A DNA stretch of 64,000 bases from an uncultured Bacilli bacterium. Lineage in GTDB: Bacteria > Bacillota_I > Bacilli_A > RFN20 > CAG-631. The translations under genes and the position numbers were made by a program. The stretch is from assembly GCA_947599835.1 (NCBI GenBank), contig CANQFQ010000007.1, positions 2,972 to 66,971 of the forward strand, given 5' to 3'. Shown here one piece after another: positions 58,350 to 64,000 of the stretch. The notes beneath the pieces were generated by a model, which worked only from the letters and a program-made list of their open reading frames with translations, ran no database searches and was not told the origin of the DNA. Positions within the stretch are counted from its first letter, which is position 1; each line of letters opens with the position of its first letter.

Positions 58350-58770
58350 TTTAGATATGTTAGGAACTCGCGAACCTTCTATTTATGGTAAACAAACTTA
58401 TCGCGATTTAGTGATTGAATTAAAAAAAGAGGCAAAAAAAGAAAAGATAAAATTAAAAATCATACAAAGCAATTTTGAAGGCGTTTTAATTGAGTTTTTG
58501 CATCGTGCGAATAACAAATATGATTATATTATTTTAAATGCAGCCGGTCTCACACACACGAGTGTTTGCTTATACGATGCAATAAAAGCAATTCAAGTTC
58601 CTGTCATTGAAGTCCATTTAAGTAATATTGATCAACGAGAAGATTTTCGTAAAATAAACTATGTACGGCCGGTTTGTTTGGCATCTTTTTATGGTAAAGG
58701 GTTTGAAAGTTATAAAGATGCTTTAAAGTATTTAATAAAAAGAGGTGTAAGTCATGACTCTCATCGTTAA
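58321..58770 (+). CDS. aroQ: 3-dehydroquinate dehydratase, type II
   Basis: [23 protein letters not shown] N-terminus is diagnostic for type II DHQase. Confidence 0.85.
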   Translation: [149 protein letters not shown]

Positions 58771-59761
58771 AGAAAAACAAAATTTAAATAAAATATTGGA
58801 TTATTTAAACAATTTATCTATCCCATATAAAGTTAATTCTACAAAAGAATTGTATCTTTTAGACATTGAAGATACAAAGAATCTTTTAGATGAAAAAATT
58901 TTGCTTTCGTTTGAAGGCGTGATTTATATGACCCCTTTATTAGACAAGCCTTTTTTATGGTCACGTAAAACCAAGAATGAGGATACAATCATTCCGTTAA
59001 ATCATTATACGATTGACTCTAAACATATCACCATAATAGCGGGTCCTTGTAGTATTGAAAATAAAGAGCAATTAAATACCATTGCCGTTCAAGTCAAAAA
59101 CATTGGCGCTCACATTTTGCGTGCCGGTGCTTTTAAGCCAAGAACTTCTCCTTATGATTTTCAAGGCTTAGGAAAAGAAGGATTAACTTTATTAGAACAA
59201 TGCAAAAAAGAATATAAATTACCCATTATTAGTGAAATCACCGATCTCAGTCAATTAGATTTATTTGTCGATCATGTCGATATTATTCAAGTTGGTGCCA
59301 GAAATATGCAAAACTACGAATTGTTAAAAGCTTTAAGTAAAATCAATACGCCGATTTTATTAAAAAGAGGTATGGGTTGTACCATTGAAGAATTATTGTT
59401 TTCAGCAGAATATTTGCTAAAAGGTGGAAATAACAATGTTATTTTATGTGAACGAGGAATTAAAACTTTCGAAAATAGTACGCGCTATACTTTAGATTTA
59501 AGTGCCATTCCTGTTTTAAAAAAATTAACGCATTTACCTATTTTTGTGGATCCATCCCATGCGGTTGGAGATTGGCAATATGTAGAATCCATGTCTTTAG
59601 CCGCAATTGCTGCAGGTGCCGATGGGCTCATGATAGAAGTACACCACACGCCTTTGTGTGCTAAAAGTGATGGGTTACAATCTTTAAATATCCAACATTT
59701 TCATCAATTAATGCAAAAATGTAAAAAAATAGCACAAGCTGTTGGAAAAGAAATCTTATGA
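58754..59761 (+). CDS. aroF: 3-deoxy-7-phosphoheptulonate (DAHP) synthase, type I-beta, with N-terminal regulatory extension
   Basis: IIAGPCSIE ... RAGAFKPRTSPY ... KRG motifs of the KDO8PS-like DAHPS core, preceded by an extra ~85-aa domain. AGAGGTG SD. Confidence 0.85.
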   Translation: MTLIVKEKQNLNKILDYLNNLSIPYKVNSTKELYLLDIEDTKNLLDEKILLSFEGVIYMTPLLDKPFLWSRKTKNEDTIIPLNHYTIDSKHITIIAGPCSIENKEQLNTIAVQVKNIGAHILRAGAFKPRTSPYDFQGLGKEGLTLLEQCKKEYKLPIISEITDLSQLDLFVDHVDIIQVGARNMQNYELLKALSKINTPILLKRGMGCTIEELLFSAEYLLKGGNNNVILCERGIKTFENSTRYTLDLSAIPVLKKLTHLPIFVDPSHAVGDWQYVESMSLAAIAAGADGLMIEVHHTPLCAKSDGLQSLNIQHFHQLMQKCKKIAQAVGKEIL

Positions 59762-61035
59762 AAATAAAAGTTTATCCAAGTAAAATAAAGAAAAATGCCA
59801 AAATCACCTTGCCTCCATCTAAAAGCATTGCACATAGGGCCATTCTTTGTGCTGCATTAGCAAACGGAACAAGTGTCCTATCCAATATCGAATTAAGCGA
59901 GGATATCAAAGCAACAATTGATGCTGCAAAACAAATGGGAGCACAAATGACTTATGATAATCATCAATTAACCATCACTGGAAACCATGGTGTCCTTCCT
60001 AATACGCCTCATGAAATTCATTGTAATGAAAGTGGCTCGACCTTGCGTTTTACAATACCTATTTTTTCAACTTTAGATAGAAACACTATTTTTGTCGGTA
60101 AAGAGAGCCTTTTTTCAAGGCCTTTAAATGTTTATGAAGAACTTTTTCAAACCTTAAATTTAATGTTTGTTAAACACGAAAATTATTTAAGTGTTCATGG
60201 TCCTTTAACCGCAGGAAATTATATCATTGATGGAAAAACAAGTTCCCAATTTGTGAGTGGTCTATTATTTGCTTTGCCTTTATTAGATCAAGATTCAACG
60301 CTTAGCATTATTGAACCTATAGGTTCTTATCCCTATATTTTACTTACTATTTTTATATTAAAGCAATTTGGCATAAATATCGAAATGATCGATAAAAATA
60401 AGTTTTTCATTTTTAAAAATCAACACTATGAAGCGCGTTATTTTAAAGTAGAAGGAGATTTAACACAATTCTCTTATTTATCTTTATTAGGAATATTGAA
60501 TCATCCAATCACTTTTGTTGATTTTCCTTTTCAATCTTGTCAAGGAGATCGCATTTTTTTAGATTTCTTACATCAACTAGGAATTAAAACCAGTCAAAAA
60601 GAACATGAATTAACCATCTATCCTTCCGCTTATAAAGGTGCTTCTTTTGATATAGAAAATTGCATAGATACATCTTTGGCTTTATGTGCGTTAGGTTTAT
60701 ATAGTCAAGAACCTTTTTTGCTCACACATGTAAAAAGATTAGAATATAAAGAATCTAACCGAATTCAATCCCTGGTTGAAGAATTTGAAAAATTAAATTC
60801 CAAAATTATTTATGAAAATGATACTTTAACAATTTTACCGAGAAATCCTAACAAAATTAGAAGGACTTTAAATTCACATCATGATCATCGCATCTTTATG
60901 ATTTTGTTTTTGCTCGCCATAAATGAAAATAAACCTATTATCATTGATCACTGTGAATGTATAAATAAATCTTTTCCGTCCTTTTTAAATCTCATGAAAT
61001 CTTTAGAAATCAAATTTGAAATCATAAAAAAATGA
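59758..61035 (+). CDS. aroA: 3-phosphoshikimate 1-carboxyvinyltransferase (EPSP synthase)
   Basis: LPPSKSIAHRAILCAALANG N-terminal motif and overall length. Confidence 0.85.
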   Translation: MKIKVYPSKIKKNAKITLPPSKSIAHRAILCAALANGTSVLSNIELSEDIKATIDAAKQMGAQMTYDNHQLTITGNHGVLPNTPHEIHCNESGSTLRFTIPIFSTLDRNTIFVGKESLFSRPLNVYEELFQTLNLMFVKHENYLSVHGPLTAGNYIIDGKTSSQFVSGLLFALPLLDQDSTLSIIEPIGSYPYILLTIFILKQFGINIEMIDKNKFFIFKNQHYEARYFKVEGDLTQFSYLSLLGILNHPITFVDFPFQSCQGDRIFLDFLHQLGIKTSQKEHELTIYPSAYKGASFDIENCIDTSLALCALGLYSQEPFLLTHVKRLEYKESNRIQSLVEEFEKLNSKIIYENDTLTILPRNPNKIRRTLNSHHDHRIFMILFLLAINENKPIIIDHCECINKSFPSFLNLMKSLEIKFEIIKK

Positions 61036-61090
61036 ACCCTCCTTGTTCAACTATTTTGTCTAACAATTTGAGTTCACTTTAAAACTTTTT

Positions 61091-61363
61091 TTATTTTTTC
61101 AATAAATAAATTACAATCAAAATAACTGCTGCAGGAATACCAAAAATGCCTGTTAATAAAAGACTCCACCATTGAACCGGAACATTTACTTGAGGAATAT
61201 AATTTACTATTAATAATATTAATCCTCCTAATAATGCATTAATGGCTAATTTAATAATTAACTTTAAACTCACTTTTAAAAATTTTAAAAGAATAAACAA
61301 AACTGCAACAAAAGCAATAAAAATGAATATTTTATCCACGGGTAGTGATATTTTATAAATCAT
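61091..61363 (-). CDS. BofA-family small membrane protein (pro-sigma-K processing inhibitor-like)
   Basis: Two-TM 90-aa protein. INALLGGLILLIVNYIPQVNVPVQ ... TGIFGIPAAVILIVI parallels B. subtilis BofA (VAGALLLVCVNMFGG..GIHVPIN..ISGILGIPGIAALVVI). AAGGAGAAA SD. Confidence 0.5.
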   Translation of the reverse strand: MIYKISLPVDKIFIFIAFVAVLFILLKFLKVSLKLIIKLAINALLGGLILLIVNYIPQVNVPVQWWSLLLTGIFGIPAAVILIVIYLLKK

Positions 61364-61485
61364 AGCATTTCTCCTTAAATAAGACTTTATAATCGTAACG
61401 TTTTTATTATTTTTTCTTTACACTATATAATGTTGTCGTTTTCAATCATAATATAAAATATTTTTTCAAAAAAAGCAAAAACTTT

Positions 61486-62697
61486 CTATAATTCTTCTAT
61501 TTTTTTCCAATTTTTGGTCAAAGCAAGCACTTGTTTTTTAGCCTCTTTGCTCGTCATTTCCTTGCTTAAAATACGATGAATTAAATATGCGATCTTTTTT
61601 GCTTCTTCTTGCGTACACCCTCTGGTCGTTATTGCCGCAAAACCAATGCGTAAGCCGCTTGTTTCTTTAGGTGTCAAAGTATCATTAGGAATCATATTTT
61701 TATTCGTTGTAATTCCTGCTTCTTCTAATAACATTTGTGCTTGCAATCCTGTTAATTGATAACTATCTAACGTATTTAATAAAAATAAGTGATTATCTGT
61801 ATCGCTAACTACAGCATGCATTTTAAACAATTCATCACGGCAAGCTTTTGTGTTTTTAATGACACAATCAATATATTTTACAAATTCTGCGCTACTTGCT
61901 TCTTTAAAGCAAATGGCCTTAGCAGCAATGATGTGTTCTAATGGTCCTCCTTGATAATAAGGAAAAACAGCGCTATTTATTTTCTTAATTAAATTCTCGT
62001 TATTTGTTAAAATAATACCACCGCGCGGTCCTCTTAATGTTTTGTGTGTTGTGGATGTTACAATATCTGCATATAAAACAGGATTTTGATGCTTCTTAGC
62101 GGCTACTAATCCGGCAATATGTGCCATGTCTACCATAAAATAACAACCTATGACATTACAAATATTTTTAAATTGTGCAAAATCTATAGCATAAGGATAG
62201 GCACTATAGCCCGCCAAAATTAAATCTGGTTTTTCTTGTTGCGCTATTTTTAGTATTTCATCATAATCTAATTTTCCCATAGAATTCAAAGGATAATGAA
62301 TAAATTGATATAAATGAGAAGAAAAACTCACGGGGCTTCCATGGGTTAAATGCCCACCATCATTTAAAACAAGGCTTAAAATTTTTCCACCCTTCGGTAA
62401 TAAAGCGTGGTATGCTGCAGCGTTTGCTTGTGAACCACTATGCGGTTGAACATTTGCAAATTTAGCATTAAATAACTGACAAACTCTTTGAATTGCTAAT
62501 AATTCAATGGCATCTACATTTTGACATCCTCCATAATATCTTTTATGAGGATAACCTTCCGCATATTTATTCGTTAGTATTGAGCCACAAGCTTCGCGTA
62601 TTTCTTTACTAGTATAATTTTCTGAAGCAATTAATTCAATTCCTTCATTTTGGCGTTTTGTTTCTAATGATATTAAATCTTGAATTTCTTGATCCAT
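61486..62697 (-). CDS. glyA: Serine hydroxymethyltransferase
   Basis: ELIASENYTS, PLP-lysine region TTHKTLRGPRGG. AGGAGA SD before the ATG at 62697; the track start at 62727 is an upstream extension. Confidence 0.9.
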   Translation of the reverse strand: MDQEIQDLISLETKRQNEGIELIASENYTSKEIREACGSILTNKYAEGYPHKRYYGGCQNVDAIELLAIQRVCQLFNAKFANVQPHSGSQANAAAYHALLPKGGKILSLVLNDGGHLTHGSPVSFSSHLYQFIHYPLNSMGKLDYDEILKIAQQEKPDLILAGYSAYPYAIDFAQFKNICNVIGCYFMVDMAHIAGLVAAKKHQNPVLYADIVTSTTHKTLRGPRGGIILTNNENLIKKINSAVFPYYQGGPLEHIIAAKAICFKEASSAEFVKYIDCVIKNTKACRDELFKMHAVVSDTDNHLFLLNTLDSYQLTGLQAQMLLEEAGITTNKNMIPNDTLTPKETSGLRIGFAAITTRGCTQEEAKKIAYLIHRILSKEMTSKEAKKQVLALTKNWKKIEEL

Positions 62698-62831
62698 GGA
62701 ATCATCTCCTAAACACAAATTTTTCAAATTTATTTTAGCATTAATTTTATCTTTTTGACAATTCTTTTACCTATTAATTTATATTGAATTCTCCTTGTAA
62801 ATTTATTAAAATACATTAAAGAGGTGCTCTT

Positions 62832-63776
62832 ATGAAACTAATATCTATTGCAGTCCCATGTTATAATGAAGAAGAGGCTATTCCTGCTTATTATGCTGCC
62901 GTTATTCCGGTATTAAAACAAATAGGAATTGATTATGAAATCATTTTTGTTGATGATGGTTCTAAAGATAAAACATCTATAATTATTAAGCAAATTGCCT
63001 TAGAAGATCCACATGTAAAATACATTATTTTCAGTCGTAATTTTGGTAAAGAAAGCGCCATGTATGCTGGACTTTCCAATGCAAAAGGAGATTATGTTGC
63101 CCTAATGGATGTCGATCTACAAGATCCACCCGAAAAATTATTAGATATGTATCATGGTATTGTTTTTGAAGGATATGATTGTGTGGGGATTCGAAGAATT
63201 ACCCGAAAAGGAGAGCCTAAAATTCGTTCTTTCTTTGCCCGTCAATTTTATAAAATTATTAATAAAATGTCAGAAACCGAAATTGTCGATGGTGCCAGAG
63301 ATTATCGACTGATGACACGTCAAATGGTGGAAGCTATTTTATCTGTTGAAGAATATAATCGTTTTTCTAAAGGAATTTTTAGTTGGGTCGGTTTTAAAAC
63401 AAAATGGCTAGAATATCAAAATGTTCAACGTGTAGCCGGTGAAACAAAATGGAATTTTAAAAAATTATTAAGATATTCTATTGATGGTATTATAGCTTTT
63501 TCATCCTCACCATTAAAAATGATTACTAAATTAGGAATTAGTTTTGTCATTCTTTCTTTTCTTATGTCAATCACTGCAATTATTTTAGCTGTTATTCCCC
63601 AACACATTGTTTTTGCCAATGGTTGGCCTTATTTATCAATTATCCTTGTCTTTCTTTTTGGTCTTTTATTTATTTGCTTAGGTATTATTAGCCAATATTT
63701 AGCAAAAACATATGCCGAAGTAAAACATAGACCGATTTATATTGAAAAAGAATCTAATATTAATAAAAGAAAATAA
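62832..63776 (+). CDS. GT2 polyprenol-phosphate glycosyltransferase (GtrB/DPM1-like) with C-terminal TM pair
   Basis: SIAVPCYNEE ... FVDDGSKD ... DVDLQDPPE (DxD) motifs plus two C-terminal TM helices. AAGAGGTG SD. Confidence 0.8.
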   Translation: MKLISIAVPCYNEEEAIPAYYAAVIPVLKQIGIDYEIIFVDDGSKDKTSIIIKQIALEDPHVKYIIFSRNFGKESAMYAGLSNAKGDYVALMDVDLQDPPEKLLDMYHGIVFEGYDCVGIRRITRKGEPKIRSFFARQFYKIINKMSETEIVDGARDYRLMTRQMVEAILSVEEYNRFSKGIFSWVGFKTKWLEYQNVQRVAGETKWNFKKLLRYSIDGIIAFSSSPLKMITKLGISFVILSFLMSITAIILAVIPQHIVFANGWPYLSIILVFLFGLLFICLGIISQYLAKTYAEVKHRPIYIEKESNINKRK

Positions 63777-63797
63777 AATACATTGATTTTATACAAA

Positions 63798-63838
63798 CAA
63801 AAAAGATTAGAAAATTTAAAAGTTCTAATCTTTTTTAT
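63798..63838. terminator. Bidirectional terminator between the GT2 gene and the convergent SGNH-hydrolase gene
   Basis: AAGATTAGAA-N10-TTCTAATCTT hairpin flanked by A-runs and T-runs. Confidence 0.55.
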
Positions 63839-63860
63839 TAAATTTTTACTTACTATTTTT

Positions 63861-64000
63861 TTATTTTAATAAATATTTTACGATTAAATCAGCAATAATG
63901 GCATGTCCCACTAACGTTGGATGAACACCATCTGCAGATATCATGTTTGGTGTTATTTTCTTTCCATACTCAGGTAAAATTTCATGTAATGGAATAAGCG
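63861..64000 (-). CDS. SGNH/GDSL-family hydrolase, C-terminal fragment (N-terminus beyond window end)
   Basis: Minus-strand translation ends ...ISADGVHPTLVGHAIIADLIVKYLLK*, matching the DGxHP..GH SGNH block V. Confidence 0.45.
   Translation of the reverse strand, partial: LIPLHEILPEYGKKITPNMISADGVHPTLVGHAIIADLIVKYLLK

Noticed and set aside
1-64000. CRISPR arrays, insertion sequences, prophage genes, rRNA genes
   Set aside because: I saw no run of regularly spaced direct repeats, no transposase/integrase/recombinase-like ORFs, no terminal inverted repeats flanking a gene block, and no rRNA-like conserved stretches.

Overview
This is a very AT-rich (about 29% GC) window with standard-code coding (TGA is used as a stop, Trp is TGG) and dense gene packing on both strands. 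I found no transposase, integrase, CRISPR array or phage gene; a single tRNA is present.

Gene content and local synteny point to a low-GC Bacillota lineage, most plausibly an Erysipelotrichaceae-like lineage with a sporulation heritage. The synteny blocks are tatD-rnmV-rsmA-yabG, gdpP-rplI-dnaB followed by a YycJ-like gene, comEA-comEC-holA and cmk-der. Small BofA-like and SpoVIF-like proteins add to the sporulation signal.

From start to end the window holds:
- TldD (partial), a YddW-like GH-like protein, nagB, mscL, an ABC exporter and a SWIM+SNF2 helicase.
- An FNT-family channel, a CDF transporter, gtrA and tRNA-Thr(GGU).
- A minus-strand run psuG / GHKL-kinase-like / ackA / nrnA / rimO / MazF-like.
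- Ferredoxin, an FMN riboswitch controlling an ECF S-component (ribU), a catalase-family gene, mnmE, ispE, a patatin-like gene, a PucR-like gene, an MsmK-like ATPase, an ABC-F protein and greA.
- A ROK kinase, degV, two tandem paralogous solute-binding lipoproteins, two U32 peptidases, cmk, der and trxA.
- A chorismate-mutase-like ORF overlapping a phosphodiester-glycosidase lipoprotein gene, a complete shikimate operon (aroB-aroC-aroE::aroK-aroQ-DAHPS-aroA), glyA and a GT2 gene.

I did not find an unambiguous novel multi-gene system. The best candidates for follow-up are a catalase homologue with a substituted distal His, a solo N-terminally extended MazF-like protein coupled to rimO, an orphan GHKL kinase-like protein, the aroE::aroK fusion, the chorismate-mutase/lipoprotein pair, and several perfect palindromes next to promoters.
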